Shown here in pieces: positions 48,381 through 57,082 of a DNA stretch of 64,000 bases; position 1 is the first letter of the stretch; each line of letters starts with the position of its first letter. The position numbers and the translations under genes were made by a program. The stretch lies in the NCBI GenBank assembly GCA_024233005.1, contig JACKQE010000003.1, forward strand, positions 219,434 to 283,433, given 5' to 3'. Source of the DNA: Akkermansiaceae bacterium. Lineage in GTDB: Bacteria > Verrucomicrobiota > Verrucomicrobiia > Verrucomicrobiales > DEV007. Under the pieces are notes generated by a model, which saw only the letters and a list, made by a program, of their open reading frames with translations, made no database searches and had not been told where the DNA came from.

Positions 48381-48830
48381 TCAGGGATTGAGACTGATAT
48401 TCCCGATTTCGGCCCGGGCACAGGCATTAAGGACATCGATGAACCGCTGGCCGCTGACCAACGGATTGCAGCGCACCACGACCAAGGGGTCGGACTGGGA
48501 AACCCGGGCGATCCCGGCATAGCGGACGAGCCGTTCCGTCAACACCGGCACGCCATGGTCGCCGGGGTCCGCATCAAGGGGTTCGCCGTTCACGGTGATG
48601 GTGCCATTGCCGAGGATTTCAACGCGCATCTGATCCACCCTGACCGGACCACTGCTCACGGAAGCAATTCCCGGCAGGAGGAGAGAAAGTTCGGTCTCCT
48701 CCTTGTTCAGCGTCGTCGTGACGAGGAAATAGATCAGCAACAAAAAGGCGACATCGATCAACGCGGAAATGTTGAAAGCCGGGTCTTCCCGCCCGGCGAA
48801 CAACCGTCCCTGTCGTTGGTGCATACTCAT
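48381..48830 (-). CDS. exbD: ExbD/TolR family biopolymer transport protein
   Basis: NISALIDVAFLLLIYFLVTT TM motif and about 150 aa. Start set at ATG 48830 to avoid overlapping the upstream stop at 48844. Confidence 0.75.
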   Translation of the reverse strand: MSMHQRQGRLFAGREDPAFNISALIDVAFLLLIYFLVTTTLNKEETELSLLLPGIASVSSGPVRVDQMRVEILGNGTITVNGEPLDADPGDHGVPVLTERLVRYAGIARVSQSDPLVVVRCNPLVSGQRFIDVLNACARAEIGNISLNP

Positions 48831-48843
48831 GAAAGTAACCGGT

Positions 48844-49269
48844 TCACTCCACTTGGTAGGTCGCAAAGATCACACTGCTGACCCCTCCCCGGGCCGAGGC
48901 CTGGACCACGTCGTTAATCTTTTCATACCGGACACGGTGGTCCGCCCGGAGGTGGAGCCGGACAGTGGGATCGGCTTCGTGGGATCGCCGCATCAGCACT
49001 TCCACCGCCGGCAGACCTTCCAGGCGCTCCCCATGTTCATCATGAATGCTTCCGTCGGCCCTCAAATTCAGGACCACCCTTCCACGCGTGTCCTTGGCCA
49101 CCAGCGAGTGCGAGGCGACCGGGGGCACAATGCTGGGGTCCTGATGGACAGTGATGAGCCGCGAGCTGACCATGAAAAAGAACAGCAGGAGGAACACCAG
49201 ATCGATCATCGGCGACAAGTCCACATTGACCCCGGCGGAGGCAAAGAGGCGTCTTCGGGAAGAGGTCAT
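48844..49269 (-). CDS. exbD: ExbD/TolR family biopolymer transport protein
   Basis: DLSPMIDLVFLLLFFFMV motif, 141 aa, LRADHRVRYEKINDVVQA. Confidence 0.75.
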   Translation of the reverse strand: MTSSRRRLFASAGVNVDLSPMIDLVFLLLFFFMVSSRLITVHQDPSIVPPVASHSLVAKDTRGRVVLNLRADGSIHDEHGERLEGLPAVEVLMRRSHEADPTVRLHLRADHRVRYEKINDVVQASARGGVSSVIFATYQVE

Positions 49270-49303
49270 GGGGTGTTGGGCAGGGAAGCGGGCAACCGCA
49301 GCA

Positions 49304-50206
49304 TCAGGCCGGGACCGGCACGTCTTCTGAGCCAGGCTCCGTGGCTACTTCATCCGCGACCGAATAGGCCGCCCGGCGCAACCTCACCAGCATCGAGGCG
49401 CCACGGTCCTCACACGTGGCCACCAGTTCTTCAAGGCGGTCGCGGAAAAAGAAGTAGAAGAAAATGGCAGGAAGAGCGATGATGAGCCCGGACGCCGTGG
49501 TGATGAGCGCCTCCGCGATATGGTTCGCCAGCTCACTGGGATCTCCCATGCCCGACTTTCCGAGCTGGCCGAATGCCTTGATCATCCCTGACACCGTCCC
49601 GAGCAGTCCCACCATCGGCGCGGCCTGGGCAAGGACGGAGAAGTAATTGACCAAGCGGACTCGGAACCGATTGTGGCGCACCCCGGCCTCCGCCATCAGG
49701 CCTTTGAGGAATTCGTTGTCTTCCGTGCTGTAGCCAACCTCGGCGATGTGCGCCGCCATGGCCGAAGTCATGTGTCCAAGGGTGCTTTCGTCCTGTTGCA
49801 CCCGCTCCACGACTCCCGCAAAATCCCCGTGTTCCATCCGGCTCAGCAGTTCCCGGCTAAGGACTTCTGGGTGGAAATTCTGGGGACGCAGATCGATGAA
49901 ACCGTATATCGCCAAGCCGATCACCCCAAGCGAGAATGCGCCCAAAATCCACATGGTCCACCCTCCTTTGGCGATCAGTCCGAGCAGACTGGTGTCATCG
50001 ATGGTGACGACCGGCTCGTCCTTTTTCGTCAGGGTGATGTCATCGGTGAGTCCCGGCACATTCAAGTCTTCCCCTGAGGGATCCCCTTTGGCCCCGGCGA
50101 CGGGCGGCTTGGCGCCTCCCGCGGGGGCGGTTTGGGCCTGGACGGCGACGGCGCCTCCGTACAAGGCCATCAGCGCAGCCACGAAGTGACATTTCATTCG
50201 ATTCAT
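49304..50206 (-). CDS. exbB: MotA/TolQ/ExbB proton-channel protein with signal peptide and N-terminal periplasmic extension
   Basis: Start at ATG 50206 (MNRMKCHFVAALMALYGGAVAVQA). The C-terminal core LAQAAPMVGLLGTVSGMIKAF...IAEALITTASGLIIALPAIFFY is the ExbB/TolQ signature. Confidence 0.75.
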   Translation of the reverse strand: MNRMKCHFVAALMALYGGAVAVQAQTAPAGGAKPPVAGAKGDPSGEDLNVPGLTDDITLTKKDEPVVTIDDTSLLGLIAKGGWTMWILGAFSLGVIGLAIYGFIDLRPQNFHPEVLSRELLSRMEHGDFAGVVERVQQDESTLGHMTSAMAAHIAEVGYSTEDNEFLKGLMAEAGVRHNRFRVRLVNYFSVLAQAAPMVGLLGTVSGMIKAFGQLGKSGMGDPSELANHIAEALITTASGLIIALPAIFFYFFFRDRLEELVATCEDRGASMLVRLRRAAYSVADEVATEPGSEDVPVPA

Positions 50207-50369
50207 CCCCAGCGTTCTACACAAAAAGCGGTTTTCTGTCAGCAAAATTGAGGGCAGAAAACCAATCCCGGACATTCCGGTCTACCGCACCAGGTGCCTC
50301 TGCCACGGCAGCTGGGAGGCAGCCCGTGAGAGCTAAATGCGGGAACAAGCCCCGAATTCCCCTCCCGGT

Positions 50370-50861
50370 TCACTCCAAAACCTGCACGCCATCCTGAGTT
50401 TTGGCGGTGGCGCTGAAATTTCCTGAAGGATCCACAAAGCCATACAAAAGCACCAAATCACCCGCCGCTGGAAGGCCTTCCAAAATGTCGGCGGTAAGAT
50501 AGCGTTCCTTCTGCTCGGGACTGAGCCGCAGCTTGGCGGTGGGAGTGCCATTGGGGCGCTGACAGATCAATTCCGTGCCTGCCGCCATCTCGACCCGGAG
50601 CAGTTGTTTGATCAGCACAAATTTCCCGGCGGCGTGGACCAGATGAATCGTTCCCACCACTTTTTCCTGGGGTTTCGTGGGACCGGAGGCATTTTGCTTC
50701 TCCATCCGGGCGAGGAGCTCACGCTTTTTGTGGCCCACGGGCCAAATCTTTTTCAACCCCTCCCCCGCACTGCCAGCCACCCCGCCGACAACTCCGCAAC
50801 CGGAGAGGAAAAGCAGGGGCATGAGAAACAAGCCCAAAAGGCGTGGCAGGGGGGACATCAT
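50370..50861 (-). CDS. Lipoprotein, hypothetical
   Basis: Lipobox LFLSGCG after a hydrophobic leader. About 160 aa. No family recognised. Confidence 0.5.
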   Translation of the reverse strand: MMSPLPRLLGLFLMPLLFLSGCGVVGGVAGSAGEGLKKIWPVGHKKRELLARMEKQNASGPTKPQEKVVGTIHLVHAAGKFVLIKQLLRVEMAAGTELICQRPNGTPTAKLRLSPEQKERYLTADILEGLPAAGDLVLLYGFVDPSGNFSATAKTQDGVQVLE

Positions 50862-50930
50862 CGCTCCACCATCATGCCCCAAGAGTGGGAAGTTGTCCAG
50901 AGAGGCCGGCGCGGAGGAGGGCCCCGGGAG

Positions 50931-52967
50931 TCATCCGAGGACGTGCAACGGGGTGTCAGGAAGGGCGCGGAGAAAGTTCTTTCCATACGCTTTGGAAAGC
51001 AGCCGGTTGTCGAGAATGGCGACGAGGCCCTTGTCGGACTGATTCCGGATCAGGCGACCCACTCCCTGACGGAGCTTGAGGATGGCCTCGGGCAGCGAGT
51101 AGTCACGGAAGGCATCGCCTCCGTCACGCTCCAAAGCCTCGATGCGGGCCTGGGTCAGCGGATGATCCGGCACGGCAAAGGGCAGGCGGGTAATGATGAC
51201 ATTCGACAACGCATCGCCCGGAACATCAACGCCCGTCCAGAAACTGTCGGTCCCGAACAGCACGCTGGGTTTCTTTTTGTCCTTAAACGCTTCGACCATC
51301 TGCCTCCGGGACAGATCGCGACCTTGGACGAGGAATTCCCACCCCCGTTTCGCAAAAAAAGCCTCCATGCGTCCGGCGAGGGAGAGCAGCAATTTGTAGC
51401 TGGTAAATAACACGAAAGCACGGCCTCCGCTTTCTTTGGTGAAATGTTCGACCCATTTTTCCACAGCATCCTCATAGCCGATCTCGTTTGGGGCGGGCAT
51501 GGACTTGACCGCGTAGAGTTTCATCTGCCGGGCAAAATCGAAAGGACTGCCAATGCGGGATCCCTGGACCTCATCGGCGCCAACCCTCCCCCGGAAATAA
51601 GCCATGTCCGAGTCGCCCACGCCGAGGGTGGCACTGGTCAGGACGCAGGCCCGTCCGCGGCGGAAAAACATGGGCTTGAGCAGGGCGGCCACATCGACCG
51701 GGGCGGCATTAAGGGTGAAGCTGGGGCCGAATTCGGAATGACCGCCGCTGCTTTCAACCCAATAGACGTGGTTTTCGGCTTCCTGTCCGAGGAACGTGGC
51801 AATCCCGACGCGGGTCTCCTCAAGACGGCGGGCGAGGTCGATGAGTTCCAGGCGCATCTCCTCACGCTCGGCCTTGTCGCTGAGTTCCAAAGCCCGGTCG
51901 GCGACCCGTCGAAGGGCGGGAGCGACTGTGTTTTCGACGAAATCGGGCTCCCGGACACGTTGTTCCCGCCGGTCGGAACCGAGCCGACAAACCTCGCCCA
52001 CACGGCCAAAAAACCCGTCGAGCACTTCCATGGCCTCGGTGACCCGCTCCTGGCCTTCGTGGTCGCGGAGGAGACGGAAGAGACCTTTGCGGGTGCGCGG
52101 ATTGTATAGCCGGTGCATTTCAAACCTCAGTCCGTTCTGGGACACCCCCAGTCCGAGCTGACGGGCAGCGACTGCCTCCATGGTGTGCGCCTCGTCAAAA
52201 ATGACGAAGTCGTTGGGGAAGAGAAATCCCTCAAAATCCGATTCCATGCCGTCCCCAGAAGTGCTCCACTCTTCGTGACTGGAGAGCATGGTGAAGAACA
52301 GCGTGTGGTTCAGCACCAGAATGTCGGCCCGAAGAGCGGCCAACCGGGTCTGCTGGTAGAAGCAATTTTTGCCCAACCCACCACATTTTTTCGGAGTGCA
52401 GAGGTGGGCCTCGGAACAGACCTGGGCCCAGACCCGCGGGCTGGGTTGGAAATTGAGATCGCTGAGACTCCCGTCCGTGGTCTTCCGGCTCCACTCAAAG
52501 AGCATCTCCAACTCCGAGAGATCACTTTGGGAGAACAGATCCCCGCCTCCCTGGGTCAGAGCCCTCTGAAGGCGGTTCGGGCAGAGGTAGTTTCGCCTTC
52601 CTTTGAGCAGAACAGCGCTGAGGGGCTGGTCGAGAAGCTTTTGGAGCAGCGGTATGTCTTTACCAATGAGCTGCTCCTGAAGATTGATGGTGTGCGTGGA
52701 AACGATGGCTTTGCGCTTCTGCCTGGTGGCAAGAAAAGCCGAAGGCGTGAGATAGGCGAGGGATTTTCCGACCCCGGTCTCCGCTTCGACGACGAGGGGA
52801 TGGGACAGCTCCAGTGCCGAAGCCACCTGCATCGCCATTTGTTGCTGCTGGGGCCGGTATTCGTAGTCAGGCAGCTTCGAGAGCGGGCCCGAGGGGCCAA
52901 AAAACCACTCCATCTCCCGCGCCAAAGTACCCGGTGCCACAGCACCGTCTGGATCCAAACCAATCAT
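50931..52967 (-). CDS. dinG: ATP-dependent DNA helicase, DinG/XPD family
   Basis: Walker A AETGVGKSLAY, DEAH box (IFDEAHTME), a Cys cluster (YLCPN, VCSEAHLCTPKKCGGLGKNC) consistent with an Fe-S domain, and the C-terminal QGVGRLIR motif. Confidence 0.7.
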   Translation of the reverse strand: MIGLDPDGAVAPGTLAREMEWFFGPSGPLSKLPDYEYRPQQQQMAMQVASALELSHPLVVEAETGVGKSLAYLTPSAFLATRQKRKAIVSTHTINLQEQLIGKDIPLLQKLLDQPLSAVLLKGRRNYLCPNRLQRALTQGGGDLFSQSDLSELEMLFEWSRKTTDGSLSDLNFQPSPRVWAQVCSEAHLCTPKKCGGLGKNCFYQQTRLAALRADILVLNHTLFFTMLSSHEEWSTSGDGMESDFEGFLFPNDFVIFDEAHTMEAVAARQLGLGVSQNGLRFEMHRLYNPRTRKGLFRLLRDHEGQERVTEAMEVLDGFFGRVGEVCRLGSDRREQRVREPDFVENTVAPALRRVADRALELSDKAEREEMRLELIDLARRLEETRVGIATFLGQEAENHVYWVESSGGHSEFGPSFTLNAAPVDVAALLKPMFFRRGRACVLTSATLGVGDSDMAYFRGRVGADEVQGSRIGSPFDFARQMKLYAVKSMPAPNEIGYEDAVEKWVEHFTKESGGRAFVLFTSYKLLLSLAGRMEAFFAKRGWEFLVQGRDLSRRQMVEAFKDKKKPSVLFGTDSFWTGVDVPGDALSNVIITRLPFAVPDHPLTQARIEALERDGGDAFRDYSLPEAILKLRQGVGRLIRNQSDKGLVAILDNRLLSKAYGKNFLRALPDTPLHVLG

Positions 52968-53137
52968 CCCTCTAACAGAACGCGTCCCCCCTCAAAAGGC
53001 AAGACCGTCTCTTTCCACGGCAAATCATCCCTTCTCCGGGCCTCACGCTGGAATCGCTGCTTGACCCGGGGCTGCGGTGGCGTCACGGTGCCGGACATTC
53101 CGGAGATTCAAACTAATTTTTCCCGCCCCCGTCGTCC

Positions 53138-54838
53138 ATGCTCTGGTCCACCCTAAAACGTCTCTGGAAACGCATTTCCGAGGCACTGGCGGACTTTTTT
53201 GACCGGCGGGACACCCGCTCCTTGAGTGTCCAGTTGCTTGTCATCGGACTTACGGTCGGCCTGGGGGCACTCGGTGTGCACTCCCTGCTGGCTTTCCTGG
53301 CGGACCACGACGCCACCATTGCCGAAATCGAAGCGCTGGAGGCCTCCGAAAATGACCTGCCAACTCCGGTGCCTCCCATTGCTCAGTTGCTCGGTGCCGC
53401 ATTCTCTCTCCTGGGAGCTCTCCGCGCTCTGACACTGAGCCGGATCCGGGACGAAGAAAAGCGCAACCGGGCCACCATGATCACCCTCTGGCTCGCGGCC
53501 ACCGGAGCCATCGTCGCCTGGATTCCCTCGGATTTGGCCTACTGGCTGCAGGAAATGCGCCTCGACACGAGCGGTGAGAATTACTCCTATCAGGCGTTCG
53601 CCATCAAGGAAATCCTGATCTTCCTGTTCGTCATCAGCTTCCCCATCGGAGCGCATCTCCATTTCAGCTCCAGCCTGATGGACCAGTACGTCCTCCGCTC
53701 GTTCCTGACTCCCTTTTCCCTCTGCCTGACGGCTTTGGTGGCGATCTGGATCCTGGCCGACCTGCTCAACAATGGCAGCGATTTGGCCCGCGGCACCTCC
53801 GGCCCCGGACTGGTGCTGGAGTTTTATATCATTCAAATGCCGCAGGTCTTCCTGTTTGTCATGCCGATCACCCTCTCCCTGTCACTCCTGTTTTCGCTCA
53901 GCAAAATGTCGCGATCCAACGAGTTGATCTCCATGTTGGGCTCGGGTCGGAGTTTGTTGCGCGTGCTCATGCCTCTGTTCATCGCGGGGATCTACGCTTC
54001 TCTGCTCTGCCTGGTTTTCAAATTTGAATGGGCCCCCGAATCGATCGGATACAAGGAGAACCTGCTCCAGGAAATCCGCAACGATGCCAAGGGAAAAAAG
54101 GACACCGGACGCTACCAAAGTTTTGGCTGGCTCCATGTCAACGAGGTGGACCAGCGGATCTGGTATGTCGGACGGGTGCCTTCCAGCTTCCGCGACAAGT
54201 TCATCTCCTTGGTGGTGGCCGAGATCACTCCCGAAGGACAGGTCAAACGCACCTGGTGGGCGAGATCAGCCAACTGGACCACCGACGGCGCGTGGTGGTT
54301 GCGGGACGGCCGGGTACACACCTACCCGGAAGACGGGGCCCCGGTCATTGAGACCTTCCGCAAATGCCGGATCCGCGGCTGGCAGGAAACGCCATGGAAA
54401 ATCACCAGCTCGGCCTTGAAACCCGAATTCATGAGTGTCCCCGACTTGTCCGGATTCCTCCGCACCAATGCCGACTACAAGCCCGAGCAGCTGGCCCCTT
54501 ACCGGACGAATTGGTGGAACGCTTTCGCCGAGCCATTCTCCTGCTTGGTCATCACACTCATCACGGCCCCGCTGGGGGTCGTCTATTCGCGCCGAGGCAT
54601 CATGGGAGGGGTCGCCTATACGATCGCTATTTTGGCCGGCATTTACGTGCTCCCGGGGGTGTTTTTGCTCCTTGGCAAAAAATCCGTCATTCCTGCGATT
54701 CTCGCCGCTTGGTCGACCAATCTCATCTTCGCCATCATCGCGGCCCTGCTCCTCATTTCCAAGTCCAAGAACCGTGACATCCCCAAGCTCAGCAGTTGGC
54801 TGCGCAATCGGAAACTCCGCCGCAGGCTGCATGCCTGA
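53138..54838 (+). CDS. LptF/LptG (YjgP/YjgQ) family permease with about 180-aa N-terminal membrane extension
   Basis: The canonical family start MDQYVLRSFLTPF occurs at internal ATG 53678. The upstream 180 codons are in frame with no stop and encode about 4 extra hydrophobic helices. The remainder has the 3+3 TM layout with a periplasmic beta-jellyroll region. Confidence 0.65.
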   Translation: MLWSTLKRLWKRISEALADFFDRRDTRSLSVQLLVIGLTVGLGALGVHSLLAFLADHDATIAEIEALEASENDLPTPVPPIAQLLGAAFSLLGALRALTLSRIRDEEKRNRATMITLWLAATGAIVAWIPSDLAYWLQEMRLDTSGENYSYQAFAIKEILIFLFVISFPIGAHLHFSSSLMDQYVLRSFLTPFSLCLTALVAIWILADLLNNGSDLARGTSGPGLVLEFYIIQMPQVFLFVMPITLSLSLLFSLSKMSRSNELISMLGSGRSLLRVLMPLFIAGIYASLLCLVFKFEWAPESIGYKENLLQEIRNDAKGKKDTGRYQSFGWLHVNEVDQRIWYVGRVPSSFRDKFISLVVAEITPEGQVKRTWWARSANWTTDGAWWLRDGRVHTYPEDGAPVIETFRKCRIRGWQETPWKITSSALKPEFMSVPDLSGFLRTNADYKPEQLAPYRTNWWNAFAEPFSCLVITLITAPLGVVYSRRGIMGGVAYTIAILAGIYVLPGVFLLLGKKSVIPAILAAWSTNLIFAIIAALLLISKSKNRDIPKLSSWLRNRKLRRRLHA

Positions 54839-54904
54839 GACGACCCATCCGGCTTTCCGGGGCGGGTCAGAATGGCTTTCATCGTTTGCTTAGTTTCTTC
54901 CTCC

Positions 54905-55552
54905 ATGGCCATTACTGAAGATTGGAAAATTCGGTCCCGCTCCCGCGAGTGCTGCCACACCCAGCGACCTTTTGAGGACGGCGATCCTTTTTTCACCGCC
55001 ATCTTCCCAGATCCTGAGACCGACGGTTACCTGCGACGGGATTATTCAGTGGCAGCGTGGGAGGAACTCCACGATGGATTTGAAATCCCCCCTTTTTCCT
55101 ATTGGCGGGCCATTTTCAAAATCCCTCCACCTCCCGTGGAGAAGCCCCAGGTCATCGAAAAGCATTCCGCCGAGTCCACTCTGCGGCGTCTCATCGACGA
55201 AGACCTACCCACCACCATTCATGCGCGTTACATTCTGGCCCTCATGCTGGAACGGAAGCGGACCCTGGTCCAGGTGGATGTCAAGGAGGTTGGCGGGTCG
55301 CGCCTCCTGATTTATGAGCACAAAGCCACGGGTGACGCCTTCATCATCGTCGATCCCAGGCTCAAGCTGGACGAAATTCAAAAGATTCAGGAGGAAGTGG
55401 CCGAACTTCTCGGCAGCACTCCGCCCCCCACTCCGGAAGATCCCGCGGACAAAGAAACCCAGACTGCGGAACCTTGCCCAGCCACACCGCCCTCCGACGA
55501 GTCAGCGACAGCCGATAAGGATCCCGGTGTGTCTCAGAAGTCCACGACGTAA
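54905..55552 (+). CDS. Hypothetical protein
   Basis: Start chosen at ATG 54905 (MAITEDWKIRSRSRECCHTQRPFEDGDPFF). Acidic Pro-rich tail. No family recognised. Its 3' end overlaps the convergent gene by 19 nt. Confidence 0.45.
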   Translation: MAITEDWKIRSRSRECCHTQRPFEDGDPFFTAIFPDPETDGYLRRDYSVAAWEELHDGFEIPPFSYWRAIFKIPPPPVEKPQVIEKHSAESTLRRLIDEDLPTTIHARYILALMLERKRTLVQVDVKEVGGSRLLIYEHKATGDAFIIVDPRLKLDEIQKIQEEVAELLGSTPPPTPEDPADKETQTAEPCPATPPSDESATADKDPGVSQKSTT

Positions 55553-57012
55553 ACAACATCCTGCGAGACCATTTCGGCTTCTTCGAGCCGGACCCAGCGT
55601 TCGAGATACCGCTCCCCCCAGCTGTCACTGAAACACAATTCGTTCGTCTCTTCATTGTAGCCGACAATCAGCGTGGCATGAGCCCGGTTCGTGTCCGGCG
55701 GCAGGGTTTTTCCTTTGACTTCGGCATCCAATTGCTTGGTCCAGGCCGCCCAATCCGAGATCTCTTTTCGTTTGGTCGTGCGGTCGTTGGCCAGTTCATT
55801 GAACTCCTTGGTCGAAAACATCCCCCAAATCATAGGGATCCCCTGATCGATGAATTTCTTGACCGTTCTCATTTTCAAATCCCCCCGGATGGTCTCGAAG
55901 GATCGTCCTTTGCGTTTGATGTCCCGCCCGACATTGCCAAAAAGGGTGTCGAACGAGGTGCCGCCGCCGAGACCGGATTCACCCACCATCGCCAACAGGT
56001 ACATGTCCGCGGAAAGCCCCATCCATCGCATGGCCCTTTCGCAAGTGGCGGGCACGCAATAGCCTTTCGGCCCCTGATCGACCATGGGAATGTCCGCGAT
56101 GTAGACGTCCCCGTTGGACCTCTTCTCCAGACTGCCGCGGACACGGTCCCTCACCGTGGAGTCCGAAACCCGTGAAGCCTTCCCGCGATCTTCGGCAAAT
56201 TGAAGCGGAACGATCTGCAGCCCCACATACTCGTCGTCCACCGAGGAGAGAAGGAACGAGTGTTCTTTCCAATCCCACCGCGACACGTTGTGTCGGCTTT
56301 CACCTTCTCCAAATTTCTGCCGCGAAGGTTCACCCAATACCTTCGTCAGACAATCCTCGATGGCCTTGGCCTCTTTTGCCATGGCCGCCCTCAGACCTTC
56401 GATGCCGCCGATCGCTTTCTCTTTTTCGAAATGCTTTTCCCCTGATCCGGCCGCGCCGAAAAAGTCCCCTTTGTTGGCGAAGACCAGGGATAGCGTGGTT
56501 ACTTTGCTATCTTCCCCGTAAAGCGCCGCAGAGTAGGGGCGGGCATTGAGGAACCGGTAATTCTCGTCCGGATAGCTCCGGAAGCTGGAAGAAAACTTGG
56601 TCTGCGACTCCTGTTTCCACCCGAGGCGTTGCGCGGTCGCGGCAATGTCCGCTTGGAAGAGCGACTCCTCGACGAACAGCGGCTGTCCCAGAACCTCATT
56701 GATTTGCGCGGTGGTCACCGTGACATTGGCTTCCGCGGAGGTGCCCGGAACCACGGCAGCGGTGGGCTTCCATGCCGCCAACCATGCTTGGTCGGCTGCC
56801 GACAAGGCCGTGACCGGAAGGGTAAACTTCTGGCCGTCCTCACGGATGATGGTGACCTTGCCGCCCTGCAGGTTTTCGACCCGGGCCCTGATTTTCTGGC
56901 CCTTCTGGCTGGTGAACTCACGCAGGGCTTCGCCCTCTGCCAGGACACCGCCAACCATGAAGGCTGCAAAAAGATAGATTCCCAGCCAAGTGACAAAACG
57001 GATCAACCTCAT
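55534..57012 (-). CDS. Secreted SHD1-domain protein with C-terminal papain-like cysteine-peptidase-like domain
   Basis: Signal/TM segment, then an SHD1-like FTSQKGQKIRARVENLQGGKVTIIREDGQKFTLPVTALSAADQAWL. The C-terminal domain has candidate catalytic Cys (PKGYCVPATCERAMRWMG), His (AHATLIVGYN) and FSDSWG, as in papain-like enzymes. Confidence 0.55.
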   Translation of the reverse strand: MRLIRFVTWLGIYLFAAFMVGGVLAEGEALREFTSQKGQKIRARVENLQGGKVTIIREDGQKFTLPVTALSAADQAWLAAWKPTAAVVPGTSAEANVTVTTAQINEVLGQPLFVEESLFQADIAATAQRLGWKQESQTKFSSSFRSYPDENYRFLNARPYSAALYGEDSKVTTLSLVFANKGDFFGAAGSGEKHFEKEKAIGGIEGLRAAMAKEAKAIEDCLTKVLGEPSRQKFGEGESRHNVSRWDWKEHSFLLSSVDDEYVGLQIVPLQFAEDRGKASRVSDSTVRDRVRGSLEKRSNGDVYIADIPMVDQGPKGYCVPATCERAMRWMGLSADMYLLAMVGESGLGGGTSFDTLFGNVGRDIKRKGRSFETIRGDLKMRTVKKFIDQGIPMIWGMFSTKEFNELANDRTTKRKEISDWAAWTKQLDAEVKGKTLPPDTNRAHATLIVGYNEETNELCFSDSWGERYLERWVRLEEAEMVSQDVVYVVDF

Positions 57013-57082
57013 GGGCTTATCATATCACAAACGAAACTCTCACCACAGAAATTTTGCCACCGGACGCCAGTCCCGCCCCCAC

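Noticed and set aside
48381-50206. ExbB/ExbD genes as a Zorya-like or other MotAB-based anti-phage defence system.
   Set aside because: The ExbB is of ordinary size, with no long ZorA-type tail. The ExbDs lack a peptidoglycan-binding domain. No ZorC/D-like helicase or nuclease genes follow; the neighbours are TPR and toroid proteins instead.
50931-52967. DinG-like helicase as part of a defence island (for example a type IV CRISPR accessory or other DinG-containing system).
   Set aside because: There is no CRISPR array, cas gene or nuclease partner nearby. The flanks are housekeeping or envelope genes, and the Fe-S cluster plus DEAH architecture fits the chromosomal repair-type DinG.
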